A DNA stretch of 64,000 nt from Clostridia bacterium (GTDB taxonomy: Bacteria > Bacillota > Clostridia > Christensenellales > QALW01): the NCBI GenBank assembly GCA_045600145.1, contig JAZRXI010000008.1, forward strand, positions 433 to 64,432. Reading direction: 5' to 3'. Below are positions 31,419 to 40,275 of this stretch, one piece after another; position 1 is the first letter of the stretch; each line of letters begins with the position of its first letter. The notes under the pieces were generated by a model. The model ran no database searches. It was not told where the DNA came from and saw only the letters and a program-made list of their open reading frames with translations. A program made the position numbers and the translations under genes.

Positions 31419-31534
31419 TAAAAATTATGCCGTCCGTGTATCGGGCGGCGTAAAGCGCAATAAAAACCATTTGCCGAATTTTTCGCGAGAATTGTTTGCG
31501 TGGAGGAATAGTTCCACGAGAAAGAAATGCGTAC
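31419..31534 (-). repeat. 3'-UTR-associated modular repeat, copy R6 (CAACAATTCTCGCGAAAA subfamily)
   Basis: Minus-sense: GTGGAACTATTCCTCCAC, CAAACAATTCTCGCGAAAAATT, GGTTTTTATTGCGC, hairpin GCCGCCCG-N5-CGGACGGC; abuts the stop of the GH32 remnant. Confidence 0.55.
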
Positions 31535-32221
31535 TCATGGCTTTTCGACAAGCGTGATCCTAACTTCTTCGCCGTGGTTGATGTATTCTTCTTTTATGTA
31601 TGCGTCAAGCACGGTGTCGTCGTCCGCGACGAATGAACGCACTTCTTTTATTGGATAGGCGGTGATTTTGGCGTCGTTGACTGTAAGCTCAAGCGGGAGC
31701 GAAAGGCAGCTTATACATTTTTCCTTCGGTCTGTATTCCCAACCGGGAATCCATGAAATCAGAATGTTTCTGCCGTCGGGAGCATGGAATATCTGACCGG
31801 CGTATTCGTCGGGACCTTTTTGAAAATGTGAGATTGTTTTTGCTGAAAATGTTTTGCCATCGAAATCTCAATATATGACTTCAAAATAGTGATCTGCGTT
31901 TTTCGGACAGACAGACACTGACAGAATATATCCGTTTTCGCACTTGACGAATGAAGGACATTCGCAGTAAAGACAGTTGCTGTATTCTCTTTCGGCGTCC
32001 GGATCTATTGCAATTTGTAATTCTTCGAAAGAACAAAAATCTTTTGTTACGGCGTGTCCCCAGTGCATAGGCGTGTTATTCGGATATTCGGAATCCGGCA
32101 AATGCTGATATAAAATATGATACTGTCCGCCGAAGTAGGAAAGTCCGTTGGGATCGTTGATCCAGCCTTTCTTTGGATGAAAATGAATTTACAGATCGGA
32201 GTTTGAAAGAAAACCGTTCAT
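31535..32221 (-). pseudogene. GH32 (sucrose-6-P hydrolase / beta-fructofuranosidase) remnant
   Basis: Single frame of 229 codons: HFHPKKGWINDPNG.., HWGHA, YCECPSF, DFDGKTF.., LPLELTV. In-frame TAA (32189-32191) and TGA (31868-31870). The ~130-aa RDP-containing core and most of the C-terminal domain are missing. Confidence 0.8.
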
Positions 32222-32233
32222 CGTGGACCAATC

Positions 32234-33469
32234 TCACAGCGCATTTGTATCGCGGTTCTTTTTTGCTATTGCGAAAAGCACAGTTGCCGCCGCAGGTGCA
32301 AGAAAAGCAAAAAGCATCCCGAGCTTCATGCCGAGTTGTTCGGGGGTAATGGCAAATGTGTTTGCGAGCGGCTCAAACAGCGGACTTGCGATAACGCTGT
32401 CGGTAACATAGCCGACTATTTGGGGATATACCGTTGCGCCCAAGTCGCCGCCGACAGCCATGAATGCGAACAGCGTTACGCCTGCGTCCGGCACACGGTC
32501 AGTGACGGCAATAAGGCTTCCCGGCCAAAGCATGGCAACGAAAAAGCCTGTCATCGCACATGCGGCGATGCTCAATACAGGCAATGATGAAAATACCGTA
32601 ATAAAATAGCAAACAGCCGTTCCGAGCGCACCGTAGAGCAGTACATTGTCGATTTTTTTGCCGAAATGTGCATACAGTGTGCGCCCTACGCCGAGCATAA
32701 GCGCAAATGTCGCAAGTCCGAGAACATCGCAAACTATCTTGTCGATGCCGAAAGCTGTTTCAAGATAACTTGAGCCCCACTGACACATCGTTATTTCAGA
32801 TGCGCCCGAGAAAAAAATGCATGCGATGTAAAGTATCGCTGTTTTGTTGCGCATCACGCCGCCGTTGCCGGTAACACTTTTCTGCGAATCCATATCGGGA
32901 ATCGGAGACAAAAGCATCAGTATGAACGCTGTGAGCGGAAGAAGCGCAAGAATAAGCGCAAGCACCTGCCAATTTTCCGTTCCGAAAAATGTTATGTATG
33001 CCGAGGAAAGCAGTATTACGCCAAGCAAGCCCCAAGCATAACTTGAGTGCATGCGGCTTAAGGTCTTTTCACTGTTTTTGGACGGAATATAAGTTACAAC
33101 GGGACTTGTAAGCACCTCGGCAAGCCCGCCTCCGGCAGAGAAGATGACCGTTCCTATCGCAAGACCGATGTAAGGATTTGCGGGGAAGAGTGTCGGTGCA
33201 AATGCGTAAAAGATTATTCCTGCCATAATGATCGCCGGCGTCAGCTTTACGGAAATTTTAAGATCAAGCTTGCTTGAAAAGAAAGAGTAAATCAAATCCA
33301 TCATAAGCTGCGGGGCAAAATTCAGTACTACCAAAAAACCGAGCAGTGTATACGAAATACCGTATATACTGTGAAATGTCGTGAAGAAAATCGGTGAGAA
33401 TATCGAAGCAATGGATGTTGATGCCGTCGTTACAAAGCAGGCAGCTTTTGTCATGTTGTAGTTTTTCAT
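32234..33469 (-). CDS. MFS transporter
   Basis: 411 aa, about 12 hydrophobic segments; substrate unknown (sits upstream of the GH32 remnant). Confidence 0.75.
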   Translation of the reverse strand: MKNYNMTKAACFVTTASTSIASIFSPIFFTTFHSIYGISYTLLGFLVVLNFAPQLMMDLIYSFFSSKLDLKISVKLTPAIIMAGIIFYAFAPTLFPANPYIGLAIGTVIFSAGGGLAEVLTSPVVTYIPSKNSEKTLSRMHSSYAWGLLGVILLSSAYITFFGTENWQVLALILALLPLTAFILMLLSPIPDMDSQKSVTGNGGVMRNKTAILYIACIFFSGASEITMCQWGSSYLETAFGIDKIVCDVLGLATFALMLGVGRTLYAHFGKKIDNVLLYGALGTAVCYFITVFSSLPVLSIAACAMTGFFVAMLWPGSLIAVTDRVPDAGVTLFAFMAVGGDLGATVYPQIVGYVTDSVIASPLFEPLANTFAITPEQLGMKLGMLFAFLAPAAATVLFAIAKKNRDTNAL

Positions 33470-33477
33470 TTTTTCTC

Positions 33478-34593
33478 CTATTCTGTCCAGCCCTTACGGT
33501 CAGCATCAAGCACGATGTTGCTTCTGCCGTAAAGCAAAAGCTGCAATTCCCTCGCGGCGAGCGGATAGTCCACCTTCCAATACCATATTTTATTTATCGT
33601 ACATTCACCTCGCACGTTGCCGCCCGGGAGTGTTGCTTGCTTTATATCGTATTTCAGCCATCCGTTTACGACTGCATCCGCCGCAAACCCGAGTAGCTCG
33701 GTCGAATTATATCCTGTGCGCACATACGGCAAAAGTTTATTAACGAGAGAAAGCATTGACGTCTTGCTGTAGGAACGTATACCTGCAAGGATCTGCTTGA
33801 TGACCTTTTGCTGTCTGATTGTTCTGCCCTCGTCGCCGCCCGTGTTTCCCTTGCGGATGCGCATGTATACGAGAGCTTGATTGCCGTCAAATTCGTTTTC
33901 ACCTGAAGATATATTGAAGCCGCATTCGCTGTTTAAGAATGAGGCTTCATTTTCGGTCACGTCGACAGTCACTCCACCAAGCGCGTTGATTATTTTCGGA
34001 AGCGAGTAGAAATTCACTACGGCGTAGTTGTCGATTTTGACCTTGTAATACTTTTCGATAATTTGAATCTGCATCGAAGGTCCGCCGTAGCTGTTGGCAT
34101 GGTGCAGCTTTTCAAAACTGCCGCCGTTTACGGGTAGATAACAGTATTGATCGCGCATCAGGGAAGCGAGCGTTATTGCCTGTGTTTTGTGATTTACGGA
34201 AAAAAGCACCATTGCGTCGGCACGTGAGTTTTTGTCCATGTCGGGAGTATTGACATCCATACCTATAAGCAGAATGTTTGTGACATTTTCATCACTAACC
34301 GCTACTCCGTTATCCATCCATTCACGGATACGCATATTCAACGGGGCATTGTCATCGGTAACGGTTACGGAGTTGCCGAAAACATCGTCGTTTTGAGTGG
34401 ATGGCGTGGTTTCGGCTATTGTTGAGGAATCTATATCTGCGCCCGCATCGGAGTGGTAGTCACCATCTGCGACATTTTTCGTCATGTTGAGCCATATGGC
34501 ATAGCCGCCGCCTACCACGATTATTACAAGCGCGAGCGCAACACAGATGATGTGAAAAATATATGTCGGAAAGTCGTCCGTATTAAAAAGCAA
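33478..34593 (-). CDS. LCP (LytR-CpsA-Psr) family protein
   Basis: N-terminal TM; ILLIGMD...RADAMVLFSVN, MRIRKGNTGGDEGRTIRQQ. Confidence 0.85.
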   Translation of the reverse strand: MLFNTDDFPTYIFHIICVALALVIIVVGGGYAIWLNMTKNVADGDYHSDAGADIDSSTIAETTPSTQNDDVFGNSVTVTDDNAPLNMRIREWMDNGVAVSDENVTNILLIGMDVNTPDMDKNSRADAMVLFSVNHKTQAITLASLMRDQYCYLPVNGGSFEKLHHANSYGGPSMQIQIIEKYYKVKIDNYAVVNFYSLPKIINALGGVTVDVTENEASFLNSECGFNISSGENEFDGNQALVYMRIRKGNTGGDEGRTIRQQKVIKQILAGIRSYSKTSMLSLVNKLLPYVRTGYNSTELLGFAADAVVNGWLKYDIKQATLPGGNVRGECTINKIWYWKVDYPLAARELQLLLYGRSNIVLDADRKGWTE

Positions 34594-34629
34594 TGAATGT
34601 CAGCTCCCTGTAAGTGAACAAGTTGGATA

Positions 34630-35331
34630 TTATACCGGAATATTTTCGTCGAACGTATTTTTGTCTACGGCCTTGATGAATTTATAGCCCACTCCGCGAA
34701 CGGTTTCAATGTGCCATTGGGCTGAACCGAGCTTTTGGCGCAGAGTGCGGATATGTACGTCTACAGTACGGTTCTCACCGTCAAATTCATAGCCCCACAC
34801 GTCGTTCAGGATGCGGTCACGGGTAAGCACTTTATCGGAGTTTTCAATAAGCAGTATGAGTAATTCAAACTCCTTGTATGTAAGCGAGATTTCTTCTCCG
34901 TTGACCTTTACGGTATGCTCCTGCTTGGAAATTATGAGGTCGTAGAAATTATATTCCGCCTTGTCCTTTCCGCTGCGTCGAAGCAGAGCTTTGACACGCG
35001 CGACCAATTCCATCATTCCGAATGGTTTTGGAATATAATCGTCAGCACCCTTTTCGAAGCCTACGACCTTGTCGTATTCCGATCCCTTTGCAGTAACGAT
35101 AATCACGGGCATTTCGGCTGTCTGAGGATTCGATTTGATTTTTTGAAGTACGGAAAGCCCGTCTTCCTCGGGAAGCATTAGGTCGAGCATCACAAGCTCA
35201 GGCATATTTACTTTGAGCGCCGCATAAAAATCGGATGGCTTTTCAAAGCCCTGCGCGGGGATCCCCGTAAAATTAAGCGTATATACAACAAGCTCACGGA
35301 TGCTGTTGTCATCTTCTACAACAAAAACCAT
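34630..35331 (-). CDS. OmpR/PhoB-family response regulator (no kinase adjacent)
   Basis: Receiver VVEDD..VMLDLMLP..VTAKG..KPF plus winged-helix TVDVHIRTLRQKL. Confidence 0.9.
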   Translation of the reverse strand: MVFVVEDDNSIRELVVYTLNFTGIPAQGFEKPSDFYAALKVNMPELVMLDLMLPEEDGLSVLQKIKSNPQTAEMPVIIVTAKGSEYDKVVGFEKGADDYIPKPFGMMELVARVKALLRRSGKDKAEYNFYDLIISKQEHTVKVNGEEISLTYKEFELLILLIENSDKVLTRDRILNDVWGYEFDGENRTVDVHIRTLRQKLGSAQWHIETVRGVGYKFIKAVDKNTFDENIPV

Positions 35332-36524
35332 TATTTCAACATGTCAGCCTTAAGCAGACTGAGCTTCTCCATACCTGTTTTTATTTGTTCGTCCGTAGGT
35401 GTAGAATAATTTATTCTGAAAAAACTGCTTGTGTCGTTTTCGGAAATGTTGAAGGCGATCCCCGGAACTACCGCAACGGAATACTCTTTTATCGCACGAC
35501 TGCAGAATTCACGCATGTCGATTTTTTCGGGAAGCTTGCACCATGCAAAAAGTCCGCCGCCGGGAAGCTGAAATTCGATTTCGGGCGCAAGATTTTTTTG
35601 CATCAAATCAAAGCAGAAGGAAGCTTTCTTCGTATACAGTGCTCTGAGCATATCAAGATGCTTTTCAAAATCGTATTTTGTCATAAAATCATATACGATC
35701 ATTTGCGCAAGTATGTTTGAATGTACATCTTGCGTTTGTTTAAGAGCGGTGAATTTTGAAATCAACTCCTTGGGAGCTATGCACCAACCCACACGCAGTC
35801 CGGGAGAGATGACCTTTGACGCAGAGCCTGCGTAAACCACAAGTCCGTCAGTATCCATGCTCTTTATCGACTGCGGCGGCGCTTCCTTGAAGTAAAGGTC
35901 GCCGTAGGGGTTGTCCTCAATGATGACGATACCGTATTTTTTCGCTATTGAGTATATCGCCTTGCGTTTTTCAAGACTTGTTGTTATTCCGGTAGGATTC
36001 TGGAAATTGGGTATAACGTATATCAGCTTTACGTTTTTGCTTGATTTTATCGTTTCCTCAAGTGCGTTGATATCCATTCCGTCATTTTCCATCGGAACGC
36101 CCTTGAGCGTGGCTCCCGAAAGCTTAAGCGCGTTGATCGAACCGACAAAGCTCGGACTTTCACATATTATCGTGTCACCGGGACCTGCGAGCGCGGTCGC
36201 GGCAAGGCTCATTACCTGCTGTGCGCCGCAGGTGATTATGATGTCGTCGGCATCACTTCCGACGGAATATTTTCTGCTCATGTATTCTCTGAGATAAGTA
36301 CGGAGCTTTATGAAGCCCTCGGTGATCGAATATTGCAGCGCGCTGACCGGATGTTCCCGGAATATTGCGGCTGTAACTTCCGCCACGGCATCCGATGGAA
36401 ACGCCTCTGGAGAAGGATTGCCTGCCGAGAACGGAATGACGTTCGGATCGGTGGAAAGCTTAAGGATTTCTCTTATTGCCGAAGGCTTTAGCTTATCGGC
36501 CGCAGGTGTGAATATATAGTCCAT
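35331..36524 (-). CDS. PLP-dependent aminotransferase (class I/II fold)
   Basis: 397 aa; NPQNPTG-like FQNPTG, SASKVISPGLRVGW (PLP lysine). Confidence 0.8.
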   Translation of the reverse strand: MDYIFTPAADKLKPSAIREILKLSTDPNVIPFSAGNPSPEAFPSDAVAEVTAAIFREHPVSALQYSITEGFIKLRTYLREYMSRKYSVGSDADDIIITCGAQQVMSLAATALAGPGDTIICESPSFVGSINALKLSGATLKGVPMENDGMDINALEETIKSSKNVKLIYVIPNFQNPTGITTSLEKRKAIYSIAKKYGIVIIEDNPYGDLYFKEAPPQSIKSMDTDGLVVYAGSASKVISPGLRVGWCIAPKELISKFTALKQTQDVHSNILAQMIVYDFMTKYDFEKHLDMLRALYTKKASFCFDLMQKNLAPEIEFQLPGGGLFAWCKLPEKIDMREFCSRAIKEYSVAVVPGIAFNISENDTSSFFRINYSTPTDEQIKTGMEKLSLLKADMLK

Positions 36525-36761
36525 AATAATATCTCCTTAGTGTAAAGCTTGTTTTTATTCAACATAATTTTAGCACAAAAAGAATGAAAAGACAATTCAA
36601 TTTTTTGATATATCGCTTTAATTGCGCAAAAAATAACATATATATGCGCATTGTGCCGTAAAAAAGCGCAGCGATACGGCATTTTACGGCGTTACGATAT
36701 GTATTTTTATATTACTTGAACGCGCTTAATAAAAATTTTATATTTTGATGTATCATTTTCA

Positions 36762-36790
36762 TTGACACAATTCGCATATAGTGGTTTAAT
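36762..36790 (+). promoter_or_regulatory. sigma-A promoter with extended -10
   Basis: TTGACA (36762-36767), 17 nt, TGgTTTAAT (-10 at 36785-36790). Confidence 0.55.
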
Positions 36791-36837
36791 ATATAGAGTA
36801 ACATTGATGTTCAGGTATTGTTCTTTTTAGGGAGATT

Positions 36838-37935
36838 ATGATGAAAAAAGTTCTTGCGCTTCTTTTATGTGCGGCTACTGTTTTTGTTGCCGGATGTTCA
36901 GATAAAAACGGGCAGATTGCCGAAACCCCTATTGCTTCGAATCAACCGAAAGTGACGGGGTCTGTAAGTCCGGATGTTACCGATATAGATGTCACCGCTG
37001 AGCCCGACACAGAGGTAACGCCGTCAGACACTCCCACGGTATCATCAACGCCGAGAATCACCCCGGTGCCAACTCCCACACCGACGATACGCCCTGCTCA
37101 GACCGCAAGTATAGTACCCGCGGCACTGATTACGGTAGGATATACAACTCCGCTTTCACAACCTCCGGCAGGCTACGGTATGCCGTATTTCATCGAGGTG
37201 GATGTGACCAACCAATGCGTGAATATTTTCATAAAGGATGCCGCAACGGGAAGGTATGATATTTTACTCAACCGTTTCGTATGCTCGGGCGGAACAAGTA
37301 CTTATCCGACAAAAACAGGCAATTTCTTTATTCTCAGCGACAGCGCACAGAAGGCACGCAGGGGTCAGCTCACGAAGTATCAGCGTTATTATTTTCAAAA
37401 ATGGGAATCATATGCGTATTATATAACACGTTATTCCGATGAATATATGTTCCATTCTTTTACATTTAAGAAAAACGCCGCGGGTCAGCTTATTGCCAAA
37501 AATGATTATTACAATATGGGGAACCCGGGTTCGGCAGGATGCCTCAGAATGCTTATGGGCCATGCAAAGTGGATATATGAGAATATTGACGCGGGAACGT
37601 ATTGCTCCGTAACCAAAGGGCGCAAAACGGACAGCGATCTGCGTTCAACGCTGAAAAAGTATCTTCCGCCGCTCGGCTACGATATGACACCCTCGTGGAC
37701 GCCCGGGAATAACAGCACAGGGCTCACGATAGCGGATTATGTCACCAATCCGGAAACGATAGTGACCGCACCGCCCGCAACACCGACACCGGAGATCACA
37801 CCGTCGCCGACGCCCACACCTACGCCCACACCTACGGAAACGCCTACATATACTCCCGAGCCGACACATGAAGAGAGCGGCATGGAAGAAGAAACTCCGC
37901 TTCCGTCTTCGGAAGACGAAAAAACGAATGATTAA
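36838..37935 (+). CDS. L,D-transpeptidase (YkuD) lipoprotein with Pro/Thr-rich linkers
   Basis: Lipobox FVAGCS; catalytic HSF...GSAGCLRM. Confidence 0.8.
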   Translation: MMKKVLALLLCAATVFVAGCSDKNGQIAETPIASNQPKVTGSVSPDVTDIDVTAEPDTEVTPSDTPTVSSTPRITPVPTPTPTIRPAQTASIVPAALITVGYTTPLSQPPAGYGMPYFIEVDVTNQCVNIFIKDAATGRYDILLNRFVCSGGTSTYPTKTGNFFILSDSAQKARRGQLTKYQRYYFQKWESYAYYITRYSDEYMFHSFTFKKNAAGQLIAKNDYYNMGNPGSAGCLRMLMGHAKWIYENIDAGTYCSVTKGRKTDSDLRSTLKKYLPPLGYDMTPSWTPGNNSTGLTIADYVTNPETIVTAPPATPTPEITPSPTPTPTPTPTETPTYTPEPTHEESGMEEETPLPSSEDEKTND

Positions 37936-37944
37936 AGAATGATA

Positions 37945-38090
37945 GGGGAGATGTCGGAGCTTCGTTTCGTTGTGAATTGACCCTGCCACTCGCTTTTGTA
38001 AAAGCGCGCCAAAACTTTTATTGCGCTTTTCACAGAAAAAAATAATACAGTGCCTTATGCTAAAGTATAGTGTAGGCACTGTATTTTTTT
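37945..38090 (+). repeat. 3'-UTR-associated modular repeat, copy R7 (best exemplar)
   Basis: CGCTTTTGTAAAAGCG (37991-38006), AAAACTTTTATTGCGC (38011-38026), ATACAGTGCCT-N18-AGGCACTGTAT+T7 (38046-38090). Confidence 0.7.
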
Positions 38091-38261
38091 GGCTTTGTGT
38101 CATTGCACGAAGTGATGTGGCGATCCATACGAACAAAAGTTAGTTTATGCTGAACACGGATAGCCACGCATATTTCGCAGGCTTGCAATGAAATAATGAA
38201 GTTTTTTATAGCGCAATCATTTTATTTCCCGTTTTTCAAGGAGTGGGCAAATGGGGAAGGA

Positions 38262-38379
38262 GAGTTCGTTTACCGCGAAGTGTAATAAAAATCTTTTATC
38301 AAACTTTTCGCGAGAATTGTTGCAGGGACGGATCCCTAAGAAACCCAAATGATGGGGCTTCTTAGGGGGCGTACAGTTA
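38262..38379 (-). repeat. 3'-UTR-associated modular repeat, copy R8 (CAACAATTCTCGCGAAAA subfamily)
   Basis: Minus-sense: CCCTAAGAA-N16-TTCTTAGGG, AGGGATCCGTCCCT, CAACAATTCTCGCGAAAAGTT, GATTTTTATTACAC; abuts the ABC gene stop. Confidence 0.55.
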
Positions 38380-40275
38380 CTACTCCAATTCAAACGCTCC
38401 GGTATAAAGGCGGTAATACGTTCCTTTTGCCTGAATCAGTTCATCGTGTGTGCCGCGCTCAATTATCTTGCCGTGGTCAAGCACCATAATAACATTCGAG
38501 TTCATAACCGTAGAAAGGGGGTGCGCGATAACAAATACCGTTCTGCCTTCCATCAACTTATCCATGCCGCGCTGAACAATGGCTTCGGTGCGCGTATCTA
38601 TTGACGAGGTTGCTTCGTCAAGTATCATTACGGGCGGATTTGCAACCGCTGCGCGCGCGATCGCAAGTAGCTGGCGCTGTCCTTGCGAAATGTTCGCGCC
38701 GTTGTTTGAAAGCAATGTGTTGTAACCGTCCGGCAGACGCGATATGAAATCATCCGCGCCCGCGAGCTTCGCCGCCGCCACGCACTCCTCATCGGTGGCA
38801 TCAAGATTGCCGTAGCGGATATTCTCCATAACGGTATCAGTGAATAAATTCGTATCCTGAAGCACTATGCCGAGCGAACGTCGCAGGTCAGCTTTTTTTA
38901 TCTTGTTGATGTTTATTCCGTCGTAGCGTATTTTGCCGTCCTCAATATCGTAGAAGCGATTCAGCAGATTCGTTATCGTTGTCTTGCCTGCGCCCGTTGC
39001 GCCTACAAATGCGACCTTCTGTCCCGGCTGTGCAAATACTGAAACGTCGTGAAGCACCTGTTTGCCCTCAACATATGAGAAATCAACATTGAGAAGCTGA
39101 ACGTCGCCCTTTAACTGCGTATATGTAAGAGTGCCGTCGCTGTGCGGATGCTTCCATGCCCATTGTCCCGTACGCTTCGTCGCTTCCGAAATACTTCCGT
39201 CCGGCGCGATTTCGGCGTTTACAAGTGTTACATAGCCATCGTCGGCTTCGGGCTTTTGATCTATAAGGTCGAATATGCGTTCCGCGCCCGCCATAGCCAT
39301 GACTATTGAGTTTATCTGCTGTGAGACCTGATTTACATTGCCCGTGAATTGTTTTGTCATGTTAAGGAACGGTACTACGAGGCTTATGCTGAACGGCAAT
39401 CCGGAAATGCCGACATTCTTTGCGTTAGTGACAAGGAACAGACCGCCGGCCATGGCGATAAGCACATACAAAACGTTGCCGATGTTCATGATTATGGGCC
39501 CGAGTGTATTCGCGTATGCGTGCGCCTTATAGCTGACATCATAAAGGTCGTTGTTTATCTTATCGAAGTTTTCCTGGCACTCTTTTTCATGACAGAAAAC
39601 CTTTATGACCTTCTGCCCGTTCATCATTTCCTGGATAAAGCCCTCGGTAACACCCGTTACTTTTTGTTGACGCACGAAAAATTTCGCACTGCCGCCGCCT
39701 ATTTTCTTTGAAACAAATATCATTGCGGCAACGCCGACAAGTACTACAAGTGTCATCCATACGCTGTACCACAGCATTATGCACAAAACGACCGTCACGA
39801 TGATACACGATTGAAGCAGTGCCGGCAGTGATTGTGATATGAGCTGACGGAGCGTGTCGATATCGTTGGTGTAATAGCTCATGATGTCGCCATGTTTGTT
39901 GGTGTCGAAAAATCTTATCGGCAGATCCTGCATGCCGCTGAACATCGAACGACGGAGCTTGTCAAGAAAGCCCTGTGTCATATACGCCATGAGCTGTGTA
40001 TGCGTGGTTATGGCGATTATCGAAAGCAGATACAGCCCTGCAAGTCCTCCGACGAGCGGATATATGTATTTGCTTGCCGAAGCCCAATCGCGCGACTGAT
40101 ACCATTCCTGAATGACAGCGATTATCCTTTGCTGGAACAGCGCAGGTATCGACGAAACTACTGCCGCGAATATTATACACAGCGCTGTAAGCGGCACGAG
40201 AACGGGATAGCTCTTGTAAAGAAATTTCAGTATTCTGCCTATGTTTTTGATACTGCCTTTTTTCTTATTTTTCAT
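38380..40275 (-). CDS. ABC transporter permease/ATPase (type I exporter half)
   Basis: 6-TM domain plus GATGAGKTT Walker A, LSQGQRQ signature, ILDEATS Walker B; start at MKNKKKG overlaps the upstream partner. Confidence 0.9.
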   Translation of the reverse strand: MKNKKKGSIKNIGRILKFLYKSYPVLVPLTALCIIFAAVVSSIPALFQQRIIAVIQEWYQSRDWASASKYIYPLVGGLAGLYLLSIIAITTHTQLMAYMTQGFLDKLRRSMFSGMQDLPIRFFDTNKHGDIMSYYTNDIDTLRQLISQSLPALLQSCIIVTVVLCIMLWYSVWMTLVVLVGVAAMIFVSKKIGGGSAKFFVRQQKVTGVTEGFIQEMMNGQKVIKVFCHEKECQENFDKINNDLYDVSYKAHAYANTLGPIIMNIGNVLYVLIAMAGGLFLVTNAKNVGISGLPFSISLVVPFLNMTKQFTGNVNQVSQQINSIVMAMAGAERIFDLIDQKPEADDGYVTLVNAEIAPDGSISEATKRTGQWAWKHPHSDGTLTYTQLKGDVQLLNVDFSYVEGKQVLHDVSVFAQPGQKVAFVGATGAGKTTITNLLNRFYDIEDGKIRYDGININKIKKADLRRSLGIVLQDTNLFTDTVMENIRYGNLDATDEECVAAAKLAGADDFISRLPDGYNTLLSNNGANISQGQRQLLAIARAAVANPPVMILDEATSSIDTRTEAIVQRGMDKLMEGRTVFVIAHPLSTVMNSNVIMVLDHGKIIERGTHDELIQAKGTYYRLYTGAFELE

